Shown: positions 26,781-37,295, counted from the first letter of the stretch. The stretch is 64,000 nucleotides of DNA from an uncultured Planctomycetaceae bacterium (GCA_964385225.1 CAYLOE010000007.1:7505-71504), one strand, 5' to 3'. Notes: generated by a model from the letters alone, not told the origin. Made by a program: numbers and translations.

Positions 26781-28184
26781 GTGGCACGTAAGCATACTCA
26801 ATTCATCTGCGAGAGCTGTGGCCGCATTCATACACAGTGGATGGGCAAGTGCCCCGATTGCGGGGAGTGGAATTGCCTCGTCGAGCAGGTCGTGCAGGAC
26901 GTTGCGGAGGACCGGCATCGGCCGGCGATTTCGGCGCGGCGCGGCGAGGAGCAGATGGACCCGGCGGCCGGCACGGCGGACATTCTCATGCCGATTTCCA
27001 AGGTTCAGCCCGACGCGACGCGGCGGTTTGTCACCGGCATCGGCGAGTTTGATCGCGTCCTCGGCGGCGGCATCGTGCCCGGTTCGGCGATTCTGATCGG
27101 CGGCGATCCGGGGATCGGCAAGTCGACGCTGCTTCTGCAAGTCGGCCATGCTCTGGCGAGCGCCGGCCGCAAGACGATCTACATCAGCAGCGAAGAATCG
27201 CTCGGCCAGCTTCGGCTGCGGGCGGCACGGCTGGGCGGCGATCAGTCATCCATGCTTGCGGCAGCACAGTCCAATCTGGACATCATCTGCAATCTCCTGC
27301 ACAACCAGCGGCCGGATATCGTGGTCATTGACTCGGTGCAGATGGTCTATCGCCCGGACGCGGCGGCGGCGCCGGGTTCGGTGACGCAGCTTCGTGACAG
27401 CGCAGCGCGACTGATCTGGCTGGCCAAGCAGCTCGGCTTCGCCCTGATGCTTGTCGGGCACGTCACCAAGGAAGGCGCCATCGCCGGGCCGATGATCCTG
27501 GAGCATCTGGTCGATTGTGTGGCGTACTTCGAGGGCGATCGGTATCACTCGCACCGACTCATCCGCGCGGTGAAGAATCGCTTCGGTTCCACGGATGAGC
27601 TGGGCATCTTCGAGATGACCGACATCGGGCTCGTGCCGGTGGAGGATCCATCCAAGCTCTTCCTCCAGAACCAGCGCGAGACCCGGCCGGGATCGGTTAT
27701 TCTCGCGGCCTGCGAAGGAACGCGCACGCTGCTTGTGGAGGTACAGGCCTTGTGTGCACAGTCGGTCTTTGGCGCTGCCAAGCGCAAGGCGACAGGCGTG
27801 GATGCGGCCCGCGTGTCGATGATTCTGGCCGTGCTGGAGAAACACGCAGACTGCGTGCTCGGCGATCAGGATGTCTTCGTGAATGTCGTCGGCGGTGTTC
27901 GAGTGAGCGAACCGGCGGCGGACCTCGCGATTGCCCTTGCGGTCCTGGGCACGCTCACCAACCGCTGTCTGCCCGCGGGAACGGTGGTCTGCGGAGAACT
28001 GGGGCTGGGAGCGGAGCTGCGGCCGGTGCATCATCAGCGGCAGCGTATCGCCGAGGCAGCCCGCGTGGGATTTACTCGCTTCATTCTGCCCAGGGGAACA
28101 TCGCCTCCGGAAGGCCGGTCACCCGCAGGCATCGAGGTCCTCGTCAGCGAGAACTTGCCAAATGCGACCCGACACCTTGCCTGA
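26781..28184 (+). CDS. radA: DNA repair protein RadA/Sms
   Basis: Zinc ribbon CESCGRIHTQWMGKCPDCGEWN, Walker A GGDPGIGKSTLLLQ, KNRFG, and a Lon-like C-terminal domain. Start is GTG at 26781 (AGGAA upstream) or 26709. Confidence 0.9.
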   Translation: MARKHTQFICESCGRIHTQWMGKCPDCGEWNCLVEQVVQDVAEDRHRPAISARRGEEQMDPAAGTADILMPISKVQPDATRRFVTGIGEFDRVLGGGIVPGSAILIGGDPGIGKSTLLLQVGHALASAGRKTIYISSEESLGQLRLRAARLGGDQSSMLAAAQSNLDIICNLLHNQRPDIVVIDSVQMVYRPDAAAAPGSVTQLRDSAARLIWLAKQLGFALMLVGHVTKEGAIAGPMILEHLVDCVAYFEGDRYHSHRLIRAVKNRFGSTDELGIFEMTDIGLVPVEDPSKLFLQNQRETRPGSVILAACEGTRTLLVEVQALCAQSVFGAAKRKATGVDAARVSMILAVLEKHADCVLGDQDVFVNVVGGVRVSEPAADLAIALAVLGTLTNRCLPAGTVVCGELGLGAELRPVHHQRQRIAEAARVGFTRFILPRGTSPPEGRSPAGIEVLVSENLPNATRHLA

Positions 28185-31104
28185 CGAAGCACTGCGGACG
28201 CCGGTTGCACGATCCATCGGCGCCGCCCTTCTGACTGTCACCATCGTGGCACTGCTTGGCATCTGCCTGCTGAACAGCCCGCCGCGCTTCTCCGAAAAAC
28301 ACCTTCAGGACACTTCGCTCCTGCGGCCGGTGGTCGATGCGCTGGCGATGGGCGGGCGATTCCCCACCTCACGCGGCGTCGAGATTCGCAATCTCGTCTT
28401 TTACACCGGCTCGGCGATGCTCGCCGTTCTGGCGGGTTTGTATCTGCTCTCCGGATCGGTGCATACGCGATTATCGCTGGATGACCTGCTCGAAGTGCGA
28501 GATCGCGCCGGCAGTCCGTTCTTCTGGTGGATCATACTTGTGGCAACGAGCTTCATCGGCTCGATGTTTTCGCATGCGCCGGAATTCTGCCAGGGCCAGA
28601 CGATCATTCGCGTACTTCAACTCGCCTGGTGGTGGCCGATCGCGGCGCTGCTGCCGATGGCGCATGCCCGATCACTGGCGACTGCGTTGTGCGTGATTCT
28701 TGGCCTCACCGCGTTGGTGGGACTCTGGTACCACATCGTACGGGTAATGCCCGATGTGTCCGGCGCGCGATTGCGATATCCGATCGGCAACGAACTCTGG
28801 ATGGCCGCGTGCCTGTTGCCGGGCGCATTCATTTGCGGCGGGCTTGTGCTTCATCACCTCTTAAGCGTGCGGAATGATGCAAGCGGGAATATCCCACGCG
28901 CCCGATGGCCCTGGATTGCCGTGCTCATCGTGGCGGGCATCTGTATTGTGACGGCGTTGGCGCTCACGCGCTCGCGCTCGGCGGCGGCGGGGCTTGTGGC
29001 AGGGCTGTTCATAATCGCCGTGATCTGGACGCCACGGAGAAAGCGCCTGGCTTCCATTCTGGTCATGCTTGTCATATCAAGTCTCGCAGTGGTGACCTTG
29101 CAAACGCTGCGAGTAACCGGCTCGACCGGGCAGCGTGCGCATTCGATCCGTGCCCGGCTGGATTATGAATGGCCCTACGCCATCCGATTGTTTTTCGAAA
29201 AACCCGTCGGCGGCAATGGCGACGGTGCGTACGCACTGCTCGCCGGACAATTCGCCCGGGAGGATCAGCTTGATGATCCAAATATCATGCGCCTGGATGA
29301 ATCAAGCTGGCCGAGCCACGCCCACAACGAGTTTCTCGAACTGCTTTCGGATATCGGCCTGGTCGGCATGGGTGCGTTCCTGTTTGCCCTGTTCATCCCG
29401 CTCTATCGGGCGGTTCAACTCTGCGACCGTCGACGGGATGAAGCGAAAGCGCGCGGAGAACGAATGCTCGTGATGGGTTTGGCGGCCGCGCTGGTGGCGA
29501 TGGTCGTGGAGGCATGCGGCACGCCGTCGATTCGCGAACCGGGGGCCGCGCCGATCTTCCTGACAGTCTGGGCCCTGCTCTGGGTCATGGTGCGCGACGA
29601 GGCGCCGAAGCGCCCGCCGATTCCCGACGAACGGCCACTTGCGCGGGCGACGGTCCGTTTCTTTGGAATTGCCGTATGTTTCGTGGCGATGTTGCTCGGG
29701 CATCGCGGCATTCAGGACTGGCAGGCGGCAAGGGCCTATTTCGAGGCAGGCCGTACGATGGACGACGTCCAATACGTCGCGGCGATGGGCGAAGCGGACT
29801 TCGCCGCGGCGCATACGCTTGATCCATTCCGTCGCGCGCTGGCGGCCATGATGTCCGTCCATGCGAGATCGCTGCACTTTGACAGCGTGCTGGCGTCGGG
29901 TCAGGACGCGCCGACCACTCAGGATTTGGAAGTTACAAGCGAGGCGCTCTCCCGAATGAATCGTCTGAAACACGCTGCGCCGAGGTTTCTGCGACTTTCG
30001 CGAATCGAGGCGGAATTGGAGCTGAATCGGGCACGCGCCTATCAGCGGCGCGGCGAGCCGGCGAATGAGGCCCATTGTCAGGAGCGCTTTCTCGCGGCGC
30101 TGCGGCAATCGAGGTCGGACGAGCCCTTTCTGATCGAGCGCGTCGAACAGCTCTGGGCGATTGACGGCAGTGCGACGGCAACCGATCGGATACTCTGGCT
30201 ACGCTGCCTGATGCGCGGCGGCGAGGTCGAGGCGAGATTTGTGCAGCTTGTGCAGGTGCTCCTGGCGATGCCCGGCGTGGGCGAAGCATTGGAAATTGTG
30301 TATCGCGCCGCCACACAGGACGAACATGAGCCGGCCGACGCCTGGCGCGATCGTCTCGCACCGGAAAGCTGGCGGCTGCTCGCGATGATTCAGGGGATCA
30401 CCGGACAACACGGGCAGGCCATCGAGCTGACGACCAAGGCACAGCGGATGTACGAAGCGGCCGGTCCGCGGTTGTTCGCGGGGCACTCCGCCGCCATCCA
30501 CGAGGAAGTACGGTATCGCTATTCGAGCGACCCGGTCGGGCAGACGGAACTTTGTCTGGATCGACTCGCGGCGGCGTTTTCGGTTGCCTATGGACCGGCG
30601 GATCGCGACACAATTTTGCACGATGTCACGCTGGGCCGCACACGAGCCATTGTGCTGCTCTCGGCGGATCGCGAATCGGATGCCCGCGCTCAACTGGCGG
30701 CGATCTATCCGCCCGGCGTCCTGGGCGCGACGGAAACCACTCCTGAAGCAGATGCACATGACCTTCTTCTCGCGGGCCTCTACCTTGAGTTGTCGAATTC
30801 GTTGCTGATTGATGGTCGATTCGTGGATCGTGCCATTGCGTGTAGTCATCGAGCCCTGGCACTTGTGCCGGACATGCCGGATGCGTGGTTTATGTTGTCT
30901 CGGGCCTACCTTGCAACATCGCACGATGATGCGGCGCTGGAGGCCATAGAGAAGCTGCTGGTCATCACGCCGAATCGCGACGCGGCGATGGAGGCCCTTC
31001 GCCGGCTTCGTTTGCAGCACCCGGACCGGGAAGTCTGGAAAGAGATGGAGCGCCGCCACCCAGAGATCGGCAACAGCGCATCGACTGCACCGGAGACGCG
31101 CTGA
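28162..31104 (+). CDS. O-antigen ligase/polymerase-like (Wzy_C) membrane protein fused to C-terminal TPR-like repeats
   Basis: About 12 transmembrane segments. SRSAAAGLVAG...AHNEFLELLSDIGLVGMGAFLF is the O-antigen-ligase loop motif. The C-terminal 450 aa or so are helical-repeat. The ATG at 28162 overlaps the radA end by 23 nt. Confidence 0.65.
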   Translation: MRPDTLPDEALRTPVARSIGAALLTVTIVALLGICLLNSPPRFSEKHLQDTSLLRPVVDALAMGGRFPTSRGVEIRNLVFYTGSAMLAVLAGLYLLSGSVHTRLSLDDLLEVRDRAGSPFFWWIILVATSFIGSMFSHAPEFCQGQTIIRVLQLAWWWPIAALLPMAHARSLATALCVILGLTALVGLWYHIVRVMPDVSGARLRYPIGNELWMAACLLPGAFICGGLVLHHLLSVRNDASGNIPRARWPWIAVLIVAGICIVTALALTRSRSAAAGLVAGLFIIAVIWTPRRKRLASILVMLVISSLAVVTLQTLRVTGSTGQRAHSIRARLDYEWPYAIRLFFEKPVGGNGDGAYALLAGQFAREDQLDDPNIMRLDESSWPSHAHNEFLELLSDIGLVGMGAFLFALFIPLYRAVQLCDRRRDEAKARGERMLVMGLAAALVAMVVEACGTPSIREPGAAPIFLTVWALLWVMVRDEAPKRPPIPDERPLARATVRFFGIAVCFVAMLLGHRGIQDWQAARAYFEAGRTMDDVQYVAAMGEADFAAAHTLDPFRRALAAMMSVHARSLHFDSVLASGQDAPTTQDLEVTSEALSRMNRLKHAAPRFLRLSRIEAELELNRARAYQRRGEPANEAHCQERFLAALRQSRSDEPFLIERVEQLWAIDGSATATDRILWLRCLMRGGEVEARFVQLVQVLLAMPGVGEALEIVYRAATQDEHEPADAWRDRLAPESWRLLAMIQGITGQHGQAIELTTKAQRMYEAAGPRLFAGHSAAIHEEVRYRYSSDPVGQTELCLDRLAAAFSVAYGPADRDTILHDVTLGRTRAIVLLSADRESDARAQLAAIYPPGVLGATETTPEADAHDLLLAGLYLELSNSLLIDGRFVDRAIACSHRALALVPDMPDAWFMLSRAYLATSHDDAALEAIEKLLVITPNRDAAMEALRRLRLQHPDREVWKEMERRHPEIGNSASTAPETR

Positions 31105-31209
31105 TCCAGCGGCCGGTTGAGCGTTGATTCTATCCTAAATCATCAATGCCCCCGATCTTGCAGAACTCGTTCGGGCCTGATAGACTCTCCGCGACCAGGG
31201 AAACCGGTC

Positions 31210-32721
31210 ATGCACCATAAAATCATCGGGGACGCCATCACCTTCGACGATGTTCTCCTCGTACCCGCGCGCAGCAGCGTCGTTCCTCGCGATGCCGACG
31301 TGCGTACCCTTCTGACGCGAAACATCCCGCTGAACATTCCGTTGCTTTCCGCGCCGATGGATTCGGTCACCGAGGCGATGCTGGCGATCGCGCTCGCGCA
31401 GGAGGGCGGCATCGGCATCATCCACAAGAACATGTCGATCGAGGCCCAGTGCCGCGAAGTGGACAAAGTCAAACGCAGCGCCAACGGCGTGATTCTCGAC
31501 CCGGTGACGCTTCGTCCGCATGACACCGTCGAGCGAGCGGCCGAGTTGATGCGCCTGCACAACGTCTCCGGCGTTCCGATCACACATGAAGACGGCAAGC
31601 TCGTGGGCATCCTCACGCGGCGCGACATGAAGTTCATGGAACATGAAACGCCAAAACGCCCAAGTGCAAAAACGCCAAGACATTCGATGTTGCCCGTCTC
31701 CGAGGTGATGACGAAGGAGAATCTTGTCACCGCCCCGCCGGATACCTCGCTCGACGACGCCGACCGCATCCTCCAGCGTCACAAGGTTGAGAAGCTGCTG
31801 CTCGTCGACAAGGACTTCAAGCTGGTCGGGCTGATTACCATCAAGGACATCGACAAGAATCGAGAATTTCCAAATAGTTGCCGGGACTCCCGCGGGCGGC
31901 TTCGTATCGGCGCCGCCGTCGGCGTGCATGATCTCGATCGCGTCTCCGCCCTCATCGAGAACGACGTTGACATCATCGCCGTCGACAGCGCCCATGGTCA
32001 TAGTGAAAACGTCATTCAGACCGTTCGTGAGGTGCGCAAGCGTTTTGAAATCGATATCATCGCTGGGAACATCGCCACGGCGGAGGCCGCGAAGGAACTG
32101 ATCGACGCCGGCGCCGACGCGCTGAAGGTCGGTATCGGTCCCGGCTCTATCTGCACAACACGGGTGGTCTCCGGCGTCGGAATGCCGCAGGTAACTGCCA
32201 TCATGAACGTCGTCGGAGTCGCTGCGGATGCGGGCATCCCGGTCATTGCCGACGGCGGAATTCGCTTCTCCGGCGACATCACCAAGGCCATCGCCGCGGG
32301 GGCACATTGCGTTATGATGGGCTCGCTTTTTGCCGGCCTGGAGGAAAGCCCCGGCAGCGTAATTTACTGGAAAGGTCGCCGTTTCAAGGAATATCGCGGT
32401 ATGGGCTCCCTCGGGGCAATGGTTTCCGGCAGCGCCGACCGATACAGTCAGAAGGGTGAGAGCGAACGGGACAAGCTCGTGCCCGAAGGCGTGGAGGGCC
32501 GCGTGCCCTATCGCGGCCGCCTGGCGGAGATGACGTATCAGCTCGTCGGCGGCTTGCGTGCCGGTATGGGCTACTGCGGTGCGGCGAATATCGAGGAGTT
32601 GCGGCAGAATGCCAGGTTTGTTCGTGTCTCCGGCGCCGGCATGACGGAATCGCACCCACATAACTTGTACATCACAGAGGAATCTCCAAACTATGCGACG
32701 GAACACATTGTCGAAATCTGA
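31210..32721 (+). CDS. guaB: IMP dehydrogenase
   Basis: [14 protein letters not shown] pair, [11 protein letters not shown] and GGIRFSGDI motifs. ATG at 31210. Confidence 0.95.
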   Translation: MHHKIIGDAITFDDVLLVPARSSVVPRDADVRTLLTRNIPLNIPLLSAPMDSVTEAMLAIALAQEGGIGIIHKNMSIEAQCREVDKVKRSANGVILDPVTLRPHDTVERAAELMRLHNVSGVPITHEDGKLVGILTRRDMKFMEHETPKRPSAKTPRHSMLPVSEVMTKENLVTAPPDTSLDDADRILQRHKVEKLLLVDKDFKLVGLITIKDIDKNREFPNSCRDSRGRLRIGAAVGVHDLDRVSALIENDVDIIAVDSAHGHSENVIQTVREVRKRFEIDIIAGNIATAEAAKELIDAGADALKVGIGPGSICTTRVVSGVGMPQVTAIMNVVGVAADAGIPVIADGGIRFSGDITKAIAAGAHCVMMGSLFAGLEESPGSVIYWKGRRFKEYRGMGSLGAMVSGSADRYSQKGESERDKLVPEGVEGRVPYRGRLAEMTYQLVGGLRAGMGYCGAANIEELRQNARFVRVSGAGMTESHPHNLYITEESPNYATEHIVEI

Positions 32722-32806
32722 AGCGATGCGAGTTCAACACTCCATTCGTCGTCACTCACAAAGGGCGACGTTACCGAGCCGGAGCGGGTTGACACTGCGG
32801 GCACCG

Positions 32807-33391
32807 ATGGCGAGCAGGATCGCGCTGGCCGCGTGCATGATGATCGTCGCGGGCGGCTGCGCGCATCTGAACGATCCCTACAGGGATTCCAGTGCGGTCA
32901 TCAATGCGGATATGACGACACCGAGTTCCGCGGACTACCGCGGAACGCCGGAATTCGGCAGACCGATTGCGCGGTCGTGGGAAACTTCACAGGTGACTTA
33001 TGCAAACGGTGCGGTGACGCATTGGCCGCTGTGGTGGGAAGACCCGTTCGAAGACAAGGGCAACCGCTACTGCCCGCCGGAATCCGGCAACGAGAGCGAC
33101 CCGGACAACGAGTTCGCCTGGAACTGGGTGGACTACCTGCACATGGGCTACGGCCCGGGGCGCTATTTTCTGAATACCATCAGTTGGCCGGTCAGCGCCG
33201 TGGTGACGCCGCCCGGAACGCTGATGGAGAGCGACGGCAAGCTGAGCAAGGGTCTGGTCGGCTATGATCACGATGCCCAGCGCGCCGATTCCGCCACGCG
33301 GGAACCGCCGGATGTGAATGTCCTCAATCGTCGGGCATTCACGAACGATGCGCCCGATTATAAAACGGTTCCGTCGACCGACGAGCCGTAA
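32807..33391 (+). CDS. hypothetical lipoprotein
   Basis: MASRIALAACMMIVAGGC lipobox from the ATG at 32807. Trp/Pro-rich mature part. Confidence 0.5.
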   Translation: MASRIALAACMMIVAGGCAHLNDPYRDSSAVINADMTTPSSADYRGTPEFGRPIARSWETSQVTYANGAVTHWPLWWEDPFEDKGNRYCPPESGNESDPDNEFAWNWVDYLHMGYGPGRYFLNTISWPVSAVVTPPGTLMESDGKLSKGLVGYDHDAQRADSATREPPDVNVLNRRAFTNDAPDYKTVPSTDEP

Positions 33392-33420
33392 GACAGCGTC
33401 ACGAGAGAGGAAGGTGTGAG

Positions 33421-33663
33421 ATGGAATCCAAACATGGAACCAAGCCCATCGTCTGTGAAGAAACGCCCGGCAAGAAGGCCTATTGCCAGTGCGGCCACAG
33501 CGAGAAGCTCCCCTATTGTGATGGCGCGCATTCGCGTCTTCAGACCGGTGTCGTGCCCATCGTGATCGAACTGACCGAGGCAGGTAAGAAGGCGGTCTGC
33601 CAGTGCCACCAGAGTGGCAACAAGCCCTGGTGTGACGGCACACACAGCCGGCTGGGTAGCTGA
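33421..33663 (+). CDS. CDGSH iron-sulfur domain protein (two CDGSH motifs)
   Basis: CQCGHSEKLPYCDGAH and CQCHQSGNKPWCDGTH. GGAAGG Shine-Dalgarno sequence. Confidence 0.8.
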   Translation: MESKHGTKPIVCEETPGKKAYCQCGHSEKLPYCDGAHSRLQTGVVPIVIELTEAGKKAVCQCHQSGNKPWCDGTHSRLGS

Positions 33664-33780
33664 ATCACGCTACGTTGGGACGTATTCGTCTCGAATCGCT
33701 ATTGAACGCATCCACGCCGTGGGCAGGAATGCCTACGGCAGCTCGATCCACATCGAATTGCAGTCTGCGCTATTATGCAG

Positions 33781-35238
33781 CTATTGCATCTTGTGCGTCG
33801 CCGTAGCGTTTGGCACCCGTGTATCGCCGCCGTTCGATGATGGAAGGAACTTACGCCAGACCGCGTAGAGCAGTGCCAGGGCGGCGAGTAATCCGGCCGT
33901 CCAGAGACTGTCGCGGCTGCCTTCGCGGATGTCGGAGGTGACGATTCCGGCGGCGATGGCAAATTCGATGGCAATCAGAACGATGGCGACGAGATAGCCC
34001 GCCGGCGTCTTGAAAACCCCGGTCGGCCAGCCGCTCCCGGCGCGGCGGTCGCGCAGGCGAAAGCCGATCAAGCTCAGATAGGTCAACCCAAAAAGCACGG
34101 CGCTGGCGAGAAAGTAAATCTTGAGAATTTCGCCGAAGCGCCGGTTCAGCACGAAGGCACAAGCCAGCGCGCCGCCGACGGCGATCGAGGCCACCGGGGC
34201 CTGCCGACCGCTCATTTTCCCGAGGAAGCGAAAGGTCAGCCCGTCGCGCGCCAAAGCGTAGGTCACGCGGACATTCGCCAGAAAGACGCTGCTGATGGCC
34301 CCCAGGCAGATCAGGGCGCTGGCGATGAGCACAAGATCGTTCACCGGATAGCCGTTGACACGGCGGAAGATCAGCGCCGGCACGCTGCGCTGACCGGCCA
34401 TCTCCTGCGGGCTGACGGCGCAGAGCAGCGCATAATTGTATAAGCAATAGACGGTCGTGAGGATGGCGACCGTCATGATGAGTGCCAATGGTAAGGCACG
34501 TTTCACATCGCGCGTTTCCTCCGCGAGCTTGGCGGAGTCCGTGGCCCCGGTATAGGCCCAAAACGCAGGCATCAGGGCGAGCAGATAGGCCTCCACAAAG
34601 GGTCGAGCGTGATCGACCGTCTGGACGGCTTCGCGGGGCGCGACGGGCGTCAGTCGGCCCGCGACTACGACAACTCCCACGGCGATGGCCAGGAGCGCCG
34701 CCGTCTTGAGCAGCGTAAGTACGTTTAGCGTGACGGCGCCGGTCCGCAGGCCGAGGGCGTTGATAACGGTGACGGCCAGGATGGCGCAGCACCCGAAAGC
34801 CGGCTGCGCCCAGGGTTGATCCATGACAAAAAGCTCAGCGACGAACTCGCCAAAAGCCGCCGCGATGGTCCCTCCCCCGCCGCCGACGATGAAGATGGTG
34901 AACGACCATCCGAAAAAGAAAGCCGCGAAGTTTCCGTAGGCCTCCTTCAGGTATTGATACTCGCCACCGGCGCGCGGAAACCGCGTGGCCAGCTCCGCGG
35001 TGACGAAACTTTGCAGGAGCGTGATGAATCCCGCGAGAACCCAGACGCTCAGGATCAGCCACGGCGCGTGCAGATACTTCGCGGCCTCACCGGGCGTGGC
35101 GAAAATGCCCGAGCCGATGGCCCCGCCGACGCCGACGCAGGCGACGCTGATCGGCCCGAGCATGCGGCGGAGGGTTGCCGTTCCACCGGAATCGCTCGTT
35201 CGCTGTTGATCCTGATCCGCCGATTCGGTAGTGGGCAT
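33781..35238 (-). CDS. APC superfamily amino acid permease
   Basis: 485 aa, 12 transmembrane segments, N-terminal GVGGAIGSGIF motif. Lies 21 nt downstream of purC on the same strand. Confidence 0.8.
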   Translation of the reverse strand: MPTTESADQDQQRTSDSGGTATLRRMLGPISVACVGVGGAIGSGIFATPGEAAKYLHAPWLILSVWVLAGFITLLQSFVTAELATRFPRAGGEYQYLKEAYGNFAAFFFGWSFTIFIVGGGGGTIAAAFGEFVAELFVMDQPWAQPAFGCCAILAVTVINALGLRTGAVTLNVLTLLKTAALLAIAVGVVVVAGRLTPVAPREAVQTVDHARPFVEAYLLALMPAFWAYTGATDSAKLAEETRDVKRALPLALIMTVAILTTVYCLYNYALLCAVSPQEMAGQRSVPALIFRRVNGYPVNDLVLIASALICLGAISSVFLANVRVTYALARDGLTFRFLGKMSGRQAPVASIAVGGALACAFVLNRRFGEILKIYFLASAVLFGLTYLSLIGFRLRDRRAGSGWPTGVFKTPAGYLVAIVLIAIEFAIAAGIVTSDIREGSRDSLWTAGLLAALALLYAVWRKFLPSSNGGDTRVPNATATHKMQ

Positions 35239-35259
35239 CGCTCATGACTACCTGGCGTT

Positions 35260-36180
35260 TCAGAATGAAACGGCCTGGAGGTTGAAACGCTCGCCGGTAA
35301 TCCGTTCATAGGCCTCGATGTATCGGCCGGAAGTCGCGAGGATGACATCGGCCGGCAGATGCGGCGCCGGATCGGTCTTGTCCCACCGGCCTTCGTCGCA
35401 CAACTTCTGCAGGTGGTTACGGACGAACTGTTTGTCGAAGCTCTCCTGGTCGCGCCCCGGCTCGTAGCGATCGGCCGGCCAGAAACGGCTGGAGTCCGGC
35501 GTCAGGGCTTCGTCGATCCAGATCAGGCCGTCGGCGGCCCGACCGAATTCGAACTTGGTATCGGCCAGAATGATGCCGCGGCCACGCGCATAATCCGCGG
35601 CCCCGCGATAGAGTGCCAGCGTCTTGTCACGAAGCTCGGTCATCGTCTCGCGCCCGGCGATGCGGCAGGCCTCGTCGAAGGAGATGTTCTCGTCGTGACC
35701 GGTTTCGGCCTTCGTCGCGGGCGTGAAGATCGGTTCGGGCAGGGCGTCGCACTGGCGCAGTCCCGCGGGCAACTTGATCCCGCAGACCGTGCCGTTGGCC
35801 TGATATTCCTTCCAACCGCTGCCGGCGAGATACCCACGGGCGACACATTCGATGGGAACGACTTCGGTCTTTCGACAGCGCATGGCGCGCCCACGCAGCT
35901 CGTGCGCGATGGATTCAAAGCCCGGCGGCACGTCGCGATCGACAATCGACAGGAGATGATGACGGCACGTGTCGGCAAAGTAGTTAAACCAGAACTGGGA
36001 GAGCGCCGTCAGCACACACCCCTTGTGCGGGATCGGGTCCGGCAGGACACAGTCGAACGCGCTGAGGCGATCGGTTGTGACGATGAGCAACTCGTCGCCG
36101 AGGTCGTAGATATCGCGGACCTTGCCGCGGCGAACCGGCCATCCATCGAGACTCGTCTTTAGCAGCGGTTGGGCAACCAT
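35260..36180 (-). CDS. purC: phosphoribosylaminoimidazole-succinocarboxamide synthase
   Basis: RGKVRDIYDLGDELLIVTTDRLSAFD and LADTKFEFG motifs. GGGAGG Shine-Dalgarno sequence. Confidence 0.9.
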   Translation of the reverse strand: MVAQPLLKTSLDGWPVRRGKVRDIYDLGDELLIVTTDRLSAFDCVLPDPIPHKGCVLTALSQFWFNYFADTCRHHLLSIVDRDVPPGFESIAHELRGRAMRCRKTEVVPIECVARGYLAGSGWKEYQANGTVCGIKLPAGLRQCDALPEPIFTPATKAETGHDENISFDEACRIAGRETMTELRDKTLALYRGAADYARGRGIILADTKFEFGRAADGLIWIDEALTPDSSRFWPADRYEPGRDQESFDKQFVRNHLQKLCDEGRWDKTDPAPHLPADVILATSGRYIEAYERITGERFNLQAVSF

Positions 36181-36461
36181 GCCTCTGATCCTCCCTGAAG
36201 TCCGATTGAGGGTTCAACTTGGTCCCATCGATCTGCGGAAACTAGAGGCCCAATGCCGGGCGTGTCAAGCTGGAAGCCGACCCGGGCTCGGCTGGACCCA
36301 TCTCTTCCATCGGCCTGCCTCCGACGGGTGCGTCAGACCTCCCCGGCTTGTACTCGATGACAGGCGAACATAGAACCGTACCGGGGCTCGGGTTAGCCCT
36401 GATGCCCTGCCGGTCGGGAGCCCCTACCCCGCAGTTTCGGGGATTTTGGCCGAAACAGGCA

Positions 36462-36490
36462 TTGATTCAAAGGTCCGACGTTGCTAACTT
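36462..36490 (+). promoter_or_regulatory. candidate sigma70-type promoter of the second hup paralog (TTGATT-17-TAACTT)
   Basis: -35 at 36462-36467 and -10 at 36485-36490, about 80 nt upstream of the ATG. Confidence 0.3.
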
Positions 36491-36569
36491 GTCCAACCCA
36501 TGTGGCCTTCGTGGCCAGTGTTCATGGGTGATTTCTCACTATCGTGTCTGACTTACCTAAGGAGTAAAA

Positions 36570-36878
36570 ATGGCTGCTGGAATGAGCAAGAGCGCGTTGA
36601 TCCGACACCTGGCCGAAACCAACGAGTTGACTCGGGCTCAGGTCGTTCACTTCCTCGATACGCTGGTAGCGACTGCGTACAAGGAGGCAAAGAACGGATT
36701 CATGATGCCCGGCCTCGGCAAACTTGTTCTCGTAAACCGCAAGGCACGCATGGGGCGAAATCCGGCGACCGGCGAGGCGATCAAGATTCCGGCCAAGAAG
36801 GTCGTGAAGTTCCGCGTGGCCAAAGCCGCGAAGGACTCCATCCTCGGCGCCCCCCCGAAGAAGAAGGGCCGAAAGTAA
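36570..36878 (+). CDS. hup: HU family DNA-binding protein with Lys-rich C-terminal tail
   Basis: Paralog of 20451..20741; the core KLVLVNRKARMGRNPATGE.IKIPAKKVVKFRVAK is nearly identical. It has an extra C-terminal GAPPKKKGRK. Confidence 0.9.
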   Translation: MAAGMSKSALIRHLAETNELTRAQVVHFLDTLVATAYKEAKNGFMMPGLGKLVLVNRKARMGRNPATGEAIKIPAKKVVKFRVAKAAKDSILGAPPKKKGRK

Positions 36879-37295
36879 GCGAGACAGCGCTGCCGGTCTT
36901 GTTGCGAACGTCAACCCAACGGCCCAGTGCCTGCTTCCCGTAATTCATGGGATGCGAAGTACCGGCGACTTGCAGTAAGTCGCCTGGGTGCGTTCCTCGG
37001 CGCGAAATCGGGTGGGCCACAAACGGCGCGCTCGATGTCTGCGGGCAGAGAAACCGCCGGATCGCGCAGTTTTTCCGCAGCGTGCAGACGGTAAGCGGTT
37101 TCCACGAGAACTCGCGATTCCCGACGGCGTAAGCAGTGGGTGCGAAGCTTCCAGCAGTTCACGAAGATTTCATCCACCCGGTCCCCGATTGTCGCTTGAC
37201 GCGGCGGACCGGAGATACCATCCTCTTTCGTCCTTCGAACCCGTGGTGAGACGCAGTCCATGACGCAATAAGCGAGTTAGGCGGTATCGAGAACG

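Noticed and set aside
27931-28161. Long N-terminal extension of the O-antigen-ligase-like ORF.
   Set aside because: It lies entirely inside the conserved C-terminal domain of radA in another frame. The ATG at 28162 directly precedes the first transmembrane helix.
31135-32706. A 523-aa ORF antisense to almost all of guaB. Similar long antisense ORFs include 15120..16958 (612 aa, opposite tsaD/ctp), 12967..14043 (opposite nadB), 43754..44872 and 45920..46936 (opposite secA), 54376..55605 (opposite rsgA), 17460..18437, 35359..36162, 11218..12108, 24201..24935, 51283..52080, 56038..56796 and 27246..28034.
   Set aside because: Each lies opposite a gene with unmistakable conserved motifs. Their translations are Arg/Gly/Pro/His-rich and low-complexity. 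Stop-free antisense frames are an expected by-product of high GC3 coding sequence.
36181-36400. ZTP (pfl) or other purine-related riboswitch upstream of purC.
   Set aside because: No match to the GGGUCGUGAC / CCGCCUGGGCA-type cores on the minus strand. Only a strong GGGAGG Shine-Dalgarno sequence is evident.
36911-37261. A 116-aa minus-strand ORF in the 416-bp hup-dksA spacer.
   Set aside because: No Shine-Dalgarno sequence and no recognisable motif. The composition is Arg-rich and similar to spurious ORFs elsewhere. It remains possible but unsupported.
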